Made by a program: the position numbers and the translations under genes. The notes under the pieces were generated by a model that was given only the letters and a program-made list of their open reading frames with translations, ran no database searches and had not been told where the DNA came from. This document shows, piece after piece, positions 31,561-44,937 of a stretch of DNA of 64,000 nucleotides. The first letter of the stretch is position 1; every line of letters begins with the position of its first letter. The DNA comes from Octopus vulgaris (taxonomy: Eukaryota). The stretch lies in NCBI GenBank assembly GCA_951406725.2, contig OX597814.1, positions 18,662,001 through 18,726,000 of the forward strand. Direction: 5' to 3'.

Positions 31561-31600
<40 letters not shown>

Positions 31601-31642
31601 TATATACATATACATATATATACATATATATATATATATATG

Positions 31643-31676
<34 letters not shown>

Positions 31677-31682
31677 AATGTA

Positions 31683-31947
<265 letters not shown>

Positions 31948-32463
31948 TATGGAGCGAAAATATAATGACTTTTATTCGATAACTGATCAAGGATGAGGGT
32001 GTCCACGTAATTTCGCATATATTTTCCATGTCCTCCGTCGATGTTTTTCAGTGCAATCTTTTATTCTTTTATTCATATATATATATATAGCGATGACAAG
32101 TCAATAAAACAGACATGCTTGGTCACTTCACCTGATAGGGAAAATTGCTAAACCTCTCTCATGTCAGGCTTTACGATTTTACGTAGGGAAGAAAGTAGTG
32201 AATAATGTTGCCGAAGTACAACATATTTCATAAAAGAGCGATGATGTTCTGGGTGGTGTGGACATCGTACGTCTGCAGGAGCTGGCTAGGATAACGTCAA
32301 ATATATAGCGTTGTTAATTTAAAAGTTGGAAGTTCTGTATGGTTTTATAATCTTGCCACATATTTTCCGATGTTAATCTTAAGCAGAGATGTCTTCATAT
32401 TTATATGTGTCTGTGTTTGTATGTGTATGCTCATGTATGCATTTTAATATATATATATATATA

Positions 32464-32504
<41 letters not shown>

Positions 32505-32607
32505 AAATAATGAGGGTGATAAATTTAATATTAATTTAATTAACATCAATTTAAAACCAGTGGCCTAGCATATAGAAAATCTCAAAATTCAGAAAAATTA
32601 CGCATAC

Positions 32608-32658
<51 letters not shown>

Positions 32659-32660
<2 letters not shown>

Positions 32661-33206
32661 GCATATACATATATCGTTGCTATTACGTAAAATTTGGCCA
32701 AATACGTTTCTTTCAGTATTTAATTTTGTTTGCAATAGCCAGTTCTTTTGGTCTAACTATCGTATCTCCAGCTGCTTCAGATGAACATTTTATTCTTTAA
32801 ATTGTCAATGTGTAGTACAATTAACACAAAGAAAAAACCCTTCTTCAGTCGCTATGGTTTCATCTACTCTACGTTTCGAAGGATAAAAGCGAGACGTATC
32901 TTCGACAAGAAACTTTCCTTCCTGCGAAAAGCAAATCAATTAAAAATCTGAGATCTTTTCGCAGAGGGTAAAAAATGTAACAGAAGACAGGACAGTAACG
33001 ACAGTACAAATTATAAACAGTAAAAGACAGGACAAGGAAAAACAATGCATATACATATATCGTTGCTATTACGTAAAGTTTGGCCAAATACGTTTCTTTC
33101 AGTATTTAATTTTGTTTGCAATAGCCATTTCTTTTGGTCTAACTATCGTATCTCCAGCTGCTTCAGATGAATATTTTATTCTTTAAATTGTCAATGTGTA
33201 GTACAA
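32659..33206. repeat. 162-bp direct duplication flanking a 224-bp insert
   Basis: atgcatatacatatatcgttgc...gtgtagtacaa at 32659-32820 and 33045-33206. Confidence 0.9.
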
Positions 33207-33369
33207 CGGTTTAGCATTTTTCAAAAGTGTAGTAAGCCTCATATACGACAATTTTGCAAAAATATTTCTGACTGAAAATCCCATACATGCATGAAGTTAC
33301 GATTTTATGCACACAATAAAATGTCGTTAAGTTGAAACTGTTGCTAATGTAAAAAGAAATGGAATATTC

Positions 33370-33752
33370 TTTTCTTTTATTCTTTTACTTGTTCCAGTCA
33401 TTTCACTGCGGCTATGCTGGAGTACCGCCTTCAGTAGAGCAAATTGACCCAAGAGCTTATTCTTTGTAAGCCTAGTACTTATTCTATCGGTTTTTTTTGC
33501 CGAACCGCTAAGTTACGGGGACATAAACACACCAGCATCGGTTGTCAAACGATGTTGGGGGGACAAAGGCAGACACACAAGCATATACACACACATACAC
33601 ACACATACACATATATATATATATACGTATACAACGGGCTTCTTCCAGTTTCCGTCTACCAAATCCACTCACAAGGCTTTGGTCGGCCCGAGGCTATAGT
33701 AAAAGACACTTGCCCAAGGTGCCACGCTGTGGGACTGAACCCATGGCCATTT
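33370..33752 (-). mobile_element. SINE family A, 5'-truncated
   Basis: Tail, central microsatellite and part of the head are recognisable. Confidence 0.88.
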
Positions 33753-33868
33753 GGTTCAGTGAAACTATTTTTTCGTTTTCAGAAAAAGTTAAGTCTTGGG
33801 CTTGCGACACATTTGTATAATAGCAACGATATGTATATATGTATATACATATTTATATGCATGTAGGA

Positions 33869-33904
<36 letters not shown>

Positions 33905-34499
33905 TTCTTGCTCAGTCGAAATCGAATAATTTTGCATAGTATTCCATCACTTATGATTACAAGAACAAATGCATTATACGTCAGAAGCGATTTCCAATGT
34001 GAACAAATATGTTTATACATCTTTACGTCCTGGGTTCAAATTTTGCCGTGGACAACTTTGCCTTTCATCCTTGTGAGGTTGATAAATTAAGTACCAGTGA
34101 AATTACTGGGGTGGATGCAATCGACTATCCCCTGCTCCTCATATTCCTGGCCTTTTGCCTATAGTAGAAAGTATTATTACCAATTATATATTTGTAGGGA
34201 TTCGAAAGTTTCAACAACATCCTTTACCGGAATGGATTGCTTTCCTAAAGTTATCATGTAACTTTTCTCTTCAAGATTCAGGATAGGCAGCAGAGGATAC
34301 CATGTTTATGAAGATATTAAGTGTTGGATGATATTCCTCCGAACTCAATTGTGCCCTATTTATTTGCACTCAAACTATGCAGAAATAAACTGGAATAAAA
34401 TAAAGAGAGAATTCTAATTTATCGAAGGTGCTTAGTAGCTTGGTATTAAAGAACGACGTTAAGATACAGAATGAACGCATATAAGAATATATAGCACAG

Positions 34500-34612
<113 letters not shown>

Positions 34613-35008
34613 ATACACAATGCATCAGGTGCTTAGCGTTAACTCGTCTTTCCCTACTAAATATTTAAAATGCTGTTCTATTACAAATATCTACCGAAAT
34701 TTAAGGAGCCATACTACGGTGCTGCATTTATAAGAAGCGAAAATGCTCATACAGCCAACTAATAGCATACCCCCATCACTTCCAGAATTGAAGAAAACAA
34801 TCGTAGACAATAGCCTTATGCACACACATACACATATGTATATATACATACATATATATACACACACACACACACATATATATATATGTATATATATAAA
34901 CATACAGATATAGGTATAGTTATATATATATATGTACATTTATACTGATATATATATATATATGTTTATATATATATATGTATATATATATATATACTGA
35001 CATAGCTA

Positions 35009-35047
<39 letters not shown>

Positions 35048-35979
35048 GAAGAACACCGTATGTGGTTTATGAAGAACACCGTAAATTACTTATTAAGCCA
35101 ATATTCAGTGAAAATTTCTGAAACGGAGACAAAATTTTATGCCCGAGCATGTGTGTTTTTGTATGTCTCTGCATTTGTTTTGTATCTCTGTATGTGCGTT
35201 TCTCTATGTGTGTATATGTGTGTAAATGCGTGATATCTGGCGAATATGCCCCAAGTATAATTATGTTATTCAATTTTGCAATTTACCTACTTTCTTTTAA
35301 GTCCAAAAACCGAAAGTGAAAAAAAAAAAGAACATAGAAAAACATTACAAATATTTTCCTCACGAAGCGCGAAAAGTTTTTCCAAAAAGTGTGACAAAAT
35401 ATTTTTAAAACATAACTCTTTATATTTTGTGTTAAAGTACTTAATTGTACTGAATATATATACGGCACTCTTCCAGAAGATATTATCAACATTCTCTTCG
35501 ACTCCTCAACTAAAAGGACAGTAGAAAAGCGGGAAAAAATTTAACAAAGAATACAAGCCGGAATACAGTGACAATGAAACTTAATCTCAGTAATAAGCGG
35601 CAATACAGGACTTCAAACAGAATTCGATTTGTGAAAGGGAATGAATTATAATAAAAAATATATATAATAAAAATAAAGAAACATATAATTTTCAAGGAAT
35701 AATCGATTTTCAATCCATCCATCAATAAATAGTGTTAAGTGTTACTTTGACAAAGGAGTGAGTGACATGAAGAGTGAGAGAAAAAAATTTAAATGTCCCT
35801 ATTCATAAATTGCGAACAAAACAAGAGAAGCGATAATAAAAATAAATAGTTATCTGGCCAAATGTGTAAAATAGACGTTAAGTAAATATAATAAACTCAT
35901 ATGATAAATCGGTTCAATGTATTAAAAGAAAATAACTCACAGAATACATATTTTAATGAGTAATTTAGGGATAGGAACT

Positions 35980-36134
<155 letters not shown>

Positions 36135-36312
36135 TATATATATATATTTATATATACATATATATACATATATATATATATTTATATATACATACATATA
36201 TACATATATATATATTTATATATACATACGTATATACATATATATATATTATACAAATATATATTATATATATGTATGTTTATATATATATATACGTAGA
36301 TACATTTATACA

Positions 36313-36390
<78 letters not shown>

Positions 36391-36996
36391 ATGTGTATGC
36401 ATAACATATTTATATGTATATGTTTATATATATCTTGAGCATAAATATTATATGTATATGTATAAAAAATATATAATATACATGCATATAAAAACCCAAT
36501 AAAATTCTCGACAATGAGAGAGAGAGAGAGAGGGAGAGAGAATTACAGAGAAAGAGACAGTGATACCGATACACAGAGAAGAATTTTTTTTTTTAGAAAA
36601 AGTCATGCAGTGTATAGATCTATGTTTTTGTGGGAAGTTGTGCATGAAATGTCCATTCATCTAAAACTATAGAAAACAATGGTGGAAACACACCTTCACA
36701 AAACAAAACAAAAAAATTTCAACTTTAAATAAGAATCACTCACTATATACGATTATTACATAAGTAAGCGGAGGAAATAGGAAAGTTTCGATCAGTAGTG
36801 TGTCATAAGAGGTAATTGTCTCGTTTTGTTCATAATAATGACTGGAGACTGTATAAGATAGAAAACCAGTTTCCAGTGAAATGGCACCATTTAGAGGCTT
36901 TAAAGCATTTATTTTCTGCTGAATTTCAGCAAAGTTAACATTGTATTAGATGCCCGTGTATACGCACTCAGATACATACACATTCATATATGCATT

Positions 36997-37077
<81 letters not shown>

Positions 37078-37283
37078 CTATAACTAACGACAATTATTTA
37101 TACCCACAACATACAACATTTGTATACGTTATGATGCATACACATGCAAACTCTCACGTTCAAACATACATACATACATGCATCATACATACATGATAAT
37201 ATGTGTGTGTGTATACATATGTATGTATATATATATATAGAGAGAGAGAGAGACCGAGAGAGAAAGAAAGATATTATATATAC

Positions 37284-37339
<56 letters not shown>

Positions 37340-37341
<2 letters not shown>

Positions 37342-37725
37342 TCTTTTACTCTTTTACTTGTTTCAGTCCTTTGACTGCGGCAATGCTGGAGCACCGCCTT
37401 TAGTCGAGCAAATCGACCCCAGGACTTATTCTTTGTAAGCCCAGTACTTATTCTATCGTTCTCTTTTGCCGAACCGCTAAGTGACGGGGACGTAAACACA
37501 CCAGCATCGGTTGTCAAGCAATGCTAGGGGGACAAACACAGACACACAAACATACACGCACATATATATATATAAACATATATACGACGGGCTTCTTTCA
37601 GTTTCCGTCTACCAAATCCACACACAAGGCATTGGTCGGCCCGGGGCTATAGCAGAAGACACTTGCCCAAGATGCCACGCAGTGGGACTGAACCCGGAAC
37701 CATGTGGCTAGTTAGCCAGCTACTT
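37340..37725 (-). mobile_element. SINE family A, 3' part of a copy split by an insertion (remaining head at 40382-40421)
   Basis: The SINE sequence stops at gttagccagctactt and resumes at 40382 as gttagcaagctacttaccacacagccactcctacgcc. Confidence 0.88.
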
Positions 37726-38351
37726 TATTTCATAACATTTGCCATAAAGGCAGTACATAGAGTAAGTTAGCTTTGCGGGCTGGACGAGGACATTAATGAA
37801 ATGAATGATAATGAATGAAAGATGATGGGGATGGGAGAAGACAAAAAGCGCCCGCCGACTTCTGCTTCTCTAAAACATTGTTCTTTTAAAAACAAACACA
37901 AAACGAGGTATTAAACCTCTTACAATTTTTACAACTTTTCAATTTTTGGACTTAACAGTCCATTATTAACAACAACATAGTTCAATAATTACATATGATA
38001 TAAATACAATACACAAAGCCCCTCCTCCCAGACCTGGCTTACACTTCCCTTAGGAATGCGCCAGCTCTAGGTCGGGGCCCCTCAAGTTATATCACAATTT
38101 ATGACTCGTCCTCAAAATAACTTGTGCCGGCACCCTCCACCATCCACCACGCCTCCCTCAGAATGTAATCGTGTTCTGTGTTAGCGTCGCCCGGGACCAA
38201 GCTATAATTCTCATTGAGCTCCTTCAGCCCAAGTGTCACGTCGAACGCCACGGACTCCACAGCTACCCGCGGAGGCCATTCGGGGTCCTGTGTGAAGGCT
38301 AAAGGTGCTCCCTTATGGTGCTTTTCCATCACCTTTTCAATCTCTCCGCCT

Positions 38352-39353
38352 CTATGGAAGAGGATGAATACATCGTTTTTCCTCTAGTGCGGGATATTCA
38401 ATTCTTTCGTTAGCGGCAGTTCCCGCCAACGGTGTTTCTTCTCCTGTCGGTAGCACAACCCCAACCGACGTAGTTCCGGGACATTCCGGTACTATGTCAC
38501 CGACTGCCGGTAATGTCCCGTTTCTCTTCCTCTTTTTCTTTTTTTTCTTTTCAACTGAGGGAGGGTGCGTCTCCTCCGCGGCCGGAAGATTCGCCTTTCC
38601 CTCCTCATCCCTAGTATCCTTTGGTGAGCACCCATTGTTGCTCACCTTCCTCTTTCGGCCTCTGTTTGAGGAGTCCTCCGCTTCCTCGGCCCTTTTCATT
38701 CCCTCTTCTACAAGGGTTTCACTTAACTGCTCCGGGATCCTATTTTGTTCCCGGGGACAGTTTTTCTTTATATGGCCAGACTCCAAGTACCGATGACACC
38801 TAGGGGGGCGACCCTCAAGTATCACCGGGTACCTGCACTCGGCCATTTAAAAAAAATCTGGAAGAACCAGATTGGCTGATTGGATCCAAAGGGTCAAAAT
38901 TGCTTTTGACCCAACACAAACAGCCGCAGGAAGAACTTCCACATTAAGAAGCTTAGTTCCGCTGCTACCCAGACCCCGGCGGATAGTCTCCTCTATCCAC
39001 TCGGGTTTTATTCCGGGTGGCAGCCCGCAGATCCAAGCTTTCGTCAGTCTCTTTTTTTGGTACGTGGGCAGAAATAAAATTTCCTTACCCTCCAGGGGTT
39101 TACTAGCAAATTTGCAAGCCTCTTCAGGGGTGTCAAATAGCAACCACACCGTCGCATATCTGACACCCCTGGAAATGAATTTAATTGTTAGCAAATACTC
39201 TGCCAACTCCTTTTCAATTGCCGTCTTTTCGAATAGGGCGATGGTGTCGAGTGCCTTGGAGTAGGTTCTCAACACCACCGTCCTATCTTCACGGTCTTTT
39301 AACCACTTTTTAGGCGGTATAATCTCCCATTCCAAAATTTTGTCATTTTTCAT
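38352..39353 (-). pseudogene. ORF1/gag-like zinc-knuckle protein, frameshifted
   Basis: Two abutting ORFs (168 aa and 164 aa) separated by a frameshift at an A-run near 38848-38857; C-x2-(Y for C)-x4-H-x4-C knuckle. Confidence 0.7.
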
Positions 39354-39472
39354 TGCCGTGTTTTTTTTTGTTTTTTTTTTATTTGAAATATATTCAAAAT
39401 AAACTTAAAAAGCGAGAAGAAAAAAGTTCAAAAGTCCAAATAAAATTCGATAGATTTTTTGAAAAAACAAAA

Positions 39473-39870
39473 AGGAGTGGCTGTGTGGTAAGTAGCTTGC
39501 TAACCAACCACATGGTTCCGGGTTCAGTCCCACTGCGTGGCATCTTGGGCAAGTGTCTTCTACTATAGCCCCGGGCCGACCAATGCCTTGTGAGTGGATT
39601 TGGTAGACGGAAACTGAAAGAAGCCCGTCGTATATATGTATATATATATATGTGTGTGTTTGTGTGTCTGTGTTTGTCCCCCTAGCACTGCTTGACAACC
39701 GATGCTGGTGTGTTTACGTCCCCGTCACTTAGCGGTTTGGCAAAAGAGACCGATAGAATAAGTACTGAGCTTACAAAGAATAAGTCCTGGGGTCGATTTG
39801 CTCGACTAAAGGCGGTGCTCCAGCATGGCCGCAGTCAAAGGACTGAAACAAGTAAAAGAGAAAAGAGAAA
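39473..39870 (+). mobile_element. SINE family A nested in the 5' UTR of the ORF1-only element
   Basis: Full body ggagtggctgtgtggtaag...gactgaaacaagtaaaagag. Confidence 0.92.
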
Positions 39871-40458
39871 AAAAGAGAGAGCACAACAGAAGGGAAGAAA
39901 TCAACGGAAAGTCGCAATAAACAAAAAAACAAAAAGGGGAGCTAAATAAAGTTCAAAAGAAAGTCAATAAACTGCAAAAATCTTCTGGCCCTGGAACGCC
40001 GCAACTGGAACACAACCTCCACAAAAATTGGTCCAAAAGGTAATCCAAAAGTGGCTTATTCTTATAGTTTTCTTGCGAGATACGCCCACAAGAAGAATTC
40101 TCAATTCACCGTTACGGCCAAAATTTAACACTATTTTCAAACGAAAGTTTGGCAGGATACGCCCACCAAACCAATAATTTTCACAATTAAGTGAATATTT
40201 TCACCCAGCGTCGGGTAGACCAGAGTCTAGTGAGGACTTCTTGCTTGTAAAAATAATTTGCAAAATTCTTACCTTACGGCTGAGTATTCAAAAGTCTTCA
40301 ATGTAAGACGGCTTTCAAAAACACGTCTTACATCTACGGTGTCCAGCACCACATTGACTTGCACATACGTAGAAGCAACCTGTTAGCAAGCTACTTACCA
40401 CACAGCCACTCCTACGCCTATATCTTTCTCTCTTTCTCTCTTTCTCTCTTTCTCTCTT

Positions 40459-40491
<33 letters not shown>

Positions 40492-40685
40492 GTCTCCATG
40501 CATTAAATGTCAAGGTGGTTTTCACCATTAACCGTCTTCTCATAGACTCTCATAGACTCAAAGACCGAAAGACTCCTGAACCTGACGGACCAGCCCGCAC
40601 AGTGACACCCGTCTGATTCGCTTCCATTGCTATTGTCTATCGGGGGTTTTATTCTTACCAGTAAACACAGTTATACCTGTTGACA

Positions 40686-41069
40686 GTGGAGGCGCAATGA
40701 CCCAGTGGTTAGGGCAGCGGACTCGCGGTCATAGGATCGCGGTTTCGATTCCCAGACCGGGCGTTGTGAGTGTTTATTGAACGAAAACACCTAAAGCTCC
40801 ACGAGGCTCCGGCAGGGGATCGTGATGATCCCTGCTGTACTCTTTCACCACAACTTTCTCTCACTCTTACTTCCTGTTTCTGTTGTACCTGTATTTCAAA
40901 GGGCCGGCCTTGTCACTCTCTGTGTCACGCTGAATATCCCCGAGAACTACGTTAAGGGTACACGTGTCTGTGGAGTGCTCAGCCACTTACACGTTAATTT
41001 CACGAGCAGGCTGTTCCGTTGATTCGGATCAACCGGAACCCTCATCGTCGTGACCGACGGAGTGCTTCC
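40686..41069 (+). mobile_element. SINE family B, full-length
   Basis: TSD acctgttgaca at 40675-40685 and 41070-41080; tRNA-like A/B boxes. Confidence 0.93.
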
Positions 41070-41099
41070 ACCTGTTGACATAATCTGACAACTTGAAAT

Positions 41100-42000
41100 A
41101 GGTCTTGTCCGACCAAACAGTATTGTCAAAGAATTGTGTATCTCTACGAATCTCTTTCAGCGTGAATTCTGCAAGCTGCATAAGATGACCTAGGTTATCC
41201 ATTGTTAGGTATTGCAGGAGTTTGGACTGGTATAACTTGAAGTTCAGTTGGTTCCTTGAGATGACTGTGAGACCTTCGTGAAATGCCCATTTCAGCCGAC
41301 GATCGTTTGGTCGACATCATAAGGCTATTTGCAGACGTCAATTTTACTTGTATCTCATTTTCTTTAGTGATAACATTCATGGATGACCGGATTTTGGATT
41401 TTTCTTCAATGAAGTTGCTGTCACGAATTTGTTTCTTACCTTGTAAATGGATTATTGTGGATGGAAGCACTCCGTCGGTTACGACGATGAGGGTTCCGGT
41501 TGATCCGAATCAACGGAACAGCCTGCTCGTGAAATTAACGTGTAAGTGGCTGAGCACTCCACAGACACGTGCACCCTTAACGTAGTTCTCGGGGATATTC
41601 AGCGTGACACAGAGAGTGACAAGGCCGGCCCCTTGAAATACAGGTACAACAGAAACAGGAAATAAGAGTGAGAGAAAGTTGTGGTGAAAGAGTACAGCAG
41701 GGATCACCACCATCCCCTGCCGGAGCCTCGTGGAGCTTTTAGGTGTTTTCGCTCTCAATAAACACTCACAACGCCCGGTCTGGGAATCGAAACCGCGATC
41801 CTATGACCGCGAGTCCGCTGCCCTAACCACTGGGCCATTGCGCCTCCACAAATTGATTATTGTAATGATGGGCTAATGTGAGAGGTTTCTGTCTACTTTT
41901 GGTATACCGTTTCTTCATTTCCCAAATTCCAGTGATTTTTTTTACGGTCCACATTCTCTCGTTATATGACAAGTTGCCAGCCAGTATGCCTCATAACTCT
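41100..42000 (-). pseudogene. Tc1/mariner-superfamily transposase N-terminal remnant, interrupted by a SINE
   Basis: Minus strand MSTKRSSAEMGISRRS resembles the second HTH of IS630/Tc1/mariner transposases; highly degenerate. Confidence 0.4.
41459..41849 (-). mobile_element. SINE family B, full-length
   Basis: TSD aaat(g/t)gattattgt at 41445-41458 and 41850-41863. Confidence 0.93.
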
Positions 42001-42851
42001 GAAAAATAGAAAATAAAACTGTCAGTCTACTTGTGCTTCACACTGTACTTTGATTTTGTAAGCCCTGGGCCGCCAGAAATGAATTGTCACCTTCATCCTT
42101 TTACTGATTTCATAATTTTACTTAACGCTAATTTTTATTTCATTATATTTTACTGTAGTTGCTTTGTGGCTAGACAATGATCAGATGCAGCTAAATTCAT
42201 TCTTTCCGTTTCGGATTTTATTCGAGCTTCTTGAGGCATTGTAAGCATTCCTTCAGGAATAATTCCCGCTTCTCGGATTTTGCAGCCTTTAGATATGGAA
42301 TATTTTCCTCTCCATTGTTTCCTTCGTATATTCTAGAATTTCTTTCTGATTCTGCCTTTTCTTTCTAAAAACTTTTCTTTTGTTTTGCTTTTATTTTATT
42401 GTTTGTCTTTAATGTTATTAGGTTTTAGTTTCTTGTAATTTGTAATTTGCTCTGCATATAGAAACCGCTTACTAGGGCATTGCCCTTCGTAAATAGTTTT
42501 AAGCTATGGATTCACAAGAGATTGCTTATAATTTGTCCGTTGCATATATTACAAATGTTGGTTTTGTTCAGCTAATTAGTTAACGAAGTGAAAGTCAGGC
42601 AGAAGCGTAAAAGAAAGGTGAGGTTTCTCGGAAAGATTCCTCTTCCAGTAGAAGTAGGGATGGTTTATGATTTGGTCTCCATAAAATAGTAACAGTTGAA
42701 TACTGGGGCCCATGTACTGGGGTCGCTGTAATCGACCAACCCCCATCCCCACAAAATTTCAGGCTTATTACCTATAGTAGGAAGGGTTATTATTATTATT
42801 AGGTGGTGTGGTGGTAGTGGCAGCGCAGGCGGTGGCAGCAGCAGCAGTAGT

Positions 42852-42893
<42 letters not shown>

Positions 42894-42894
42894 G

Positions 42895-42934
<40 letters not shown>

Positions 42935-43397
42935 GGAAAGCAGCTGTAGTTGTTTAAGCCCAAAACAGCCGCAAAGTAAATTGAGCCTTTATGGAACTTT
43001 TATATTTATTTTACAGGCTTCCCCCAAAACAAAAACTTAACCTTTTCTCTAAGATTACTGACCTTGGGTCAAAATTTGAAACCATTAAAGGCAGCGAGGT
43101 GGTAGAATCGTTAGCGTACCGGACAAAGTGCTTAGCGGCATTTTTTCTGGATATTTACGTTCTGACTTCAAATTCCGTTAAGATTGACTTTATCTTTCAT
43201 TCTTTTGCAGTGATTGTGCCCGACCAAATGCTTCGCGGCATTTATTCCGTTTTTACGTTCTGAGTTAAAATTCCGCTACAGTCCACTTTGTCTTTCATAA
43301 TTTCGGGGTCGAAAAAATAACTACCGGTTAAGCACTAGGGTCGATCTAATCGACTAAACTTTTAGCTGACCCTCTACCGAAATTTGAAACTATTAAT

Positions 43398-44073
43398 ATG
43401 ACATTGCTAAGGGAAGGAAGAACCATTTTCATCGTACTCGTGGCTATGGCGAAAGAATGTGTATGGCGGACGCGTCTGAAAGGTCTAGAGACAAACACTT
43501 TCCGCTCTGGTCAATCACTCATCAACTTCTTCAAGTATAACTTGAAAAGGAAGGTGAGTGTAGAGAGGGAAGTTTTGTCTAGTGAATGCTTCAAAAAAAG
43601 ATGGGTGAATGTAGCAAGGATGGCACGTGTGAATGACGGAGCCAGCTTGAGCATAATCCTATGAACCAAAAGAAAAAACGAAAGGAAAAATGAGAGCCAC
43701 TTACTGTTATGTGTTCTTTTTTTTTTGCATGACACTATTGCCCAAGGTTCCAGTGGTCTTTTCCAGTGGTCTTTTCCGTAGGATTTTCTATCCACAGACA
43801 AACTTAATCTGTTCTCCCTTTTTACATTGACACTACTGTGATACACGATCCTTCTTGATTGGCCCCACTTTTTTTCCTTTTCCTCGCGATCCCTTTTGAT
43901 CGGAATTCGCGCCCTTTTGCTTTCTTTTTTCTTTTTTTTTACTTCTTTTCACGATCCCTTTTGATCGGAATTGTCCCCGCTTTTTTCTCCCCTTCTCTTC
44001 TTCCCAAAAACAAAAGCTCTACTTTGTATTTTGTCCCTTCTGTGTTTAGCCTTGCGTGGCCAATAAAGAAATC
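43398..44073 (+). mobile_element. 5'-truncated L1/Tx1-like LINE (ORF2 C-terminus and 3' UTR)
   Basis: LVAMAKECVWRTRLKGL...INFFKYNLKRKVSVERE...FKKRW resembles the Tx1/L1 ORF2 C-terminus (AK..IW..R motif). T-rich 3' UTR ends in AATAAAGAAA. Confidence 0.6.
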
Positions 44074-44426
44074 TATAATGATACAAATAAATATTCTCCT
44101 TATTTGTAACATTTTGCAGGCTTGTAGACTTAGGAATCGTTAGGAACACAGTCAAAGCTCTTTGTGGCATTTAATTACAATTTTTCATATTTTAAATACA
44201 AATCCTGCTGAGATCAATTTTCCTTTCGTCCTTTTTCCTTCTGTTTTTTTTTAATTTTTTTTTTTACGGGATTGATAAAACGCATAACCCGATTAGTACA
44301 GGAATCAAGATAATCTACTTTGTAAAATTTCTAGCCATGTGGCCAAATGTGAATCTATTATTATTATCAATATTTACTGGCCTTGTGCCTAAATTTGAAA
44401 CTATTACTATTATTATTATTATTATT

Positions 44427-44584
44427 CTATGTTTGACTTTTGCTTTCTGTCTGTACAAGTTGGCTCCAAGTCTCACCCAGAGACCTCAAGAGACAACAGG
44501 TTGGAAGTTCTGTGCCATATATTTGGGGTTTTTTTTTTTTTGGTGTTGTACTAGTGAATGTCTAATACATAAAAAAATTAAAAA

Positions 44585-44586
<2 letters not shown>
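44427..44586 (-). mobile_element. Probable R4/Dong-like 3' UTR fragment in (ATT)n
   Basis: Short non-microsatellite segment bounded on both sides by TAA repeats, ending ...agtcaaacatag(aat)n on the minus strand. Confidence 0.4.
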
Positions 44587-44620
<34 letters not shown>

Positions 44621-44861
44621 GATTATGATTATTATTATTAGGGCGCAAGTTGGGAGAATCGATAGCAATGCGGGCAAAATGCTTAGCAGTATTTCGGTCG
44701 TCTCCATGCTCTGAGTTCAAATTCTGCCGAAGTCGACTTTGCCTTTCATCATTTCGCACTCGAGCACTGGGGTCGTTGTAATCGACTAACCCCCCACCCC
44801 ACCCACCACACACACAAAATTTCAGGCCTTGTGTTTATAGTAGAACGGATTATTATTAGTG

Positions 44862-44893
<32 letters not shown>

Positions 44894-44900
44894 TGTAGTG

Positions 44901-44937
<37 letters not shown>

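Larger units (their letters stand above)
37726..40381 (-). mobile_element. Non-LTR-type element encoding only an ORF1/gag-like protein (L1/Tx1-like), no RT
   Basis: 15-bp TSD with one mismatch (37711-37725, 40382-40396). AATAAA at the 3' junction. Frameshifted ORF 39353-38847/38846-38352 has an RRM-like region (WICGLPPGI) and a degenerate CCHC knuckle CHRYLESGHIKKNC followed by a basic region. Confidence 0.75.

Noticed and set aside
34277-34330. RGYHVYEDI peptide resembling HIRAN-like motifs
   Set aside because: Nine-residue match with no extended frame support.
40686-40765. tRNA genes at SINE heads
   Set aside because: A/B boxes are present, but each continues into a multicopy SINE body with TSDs.
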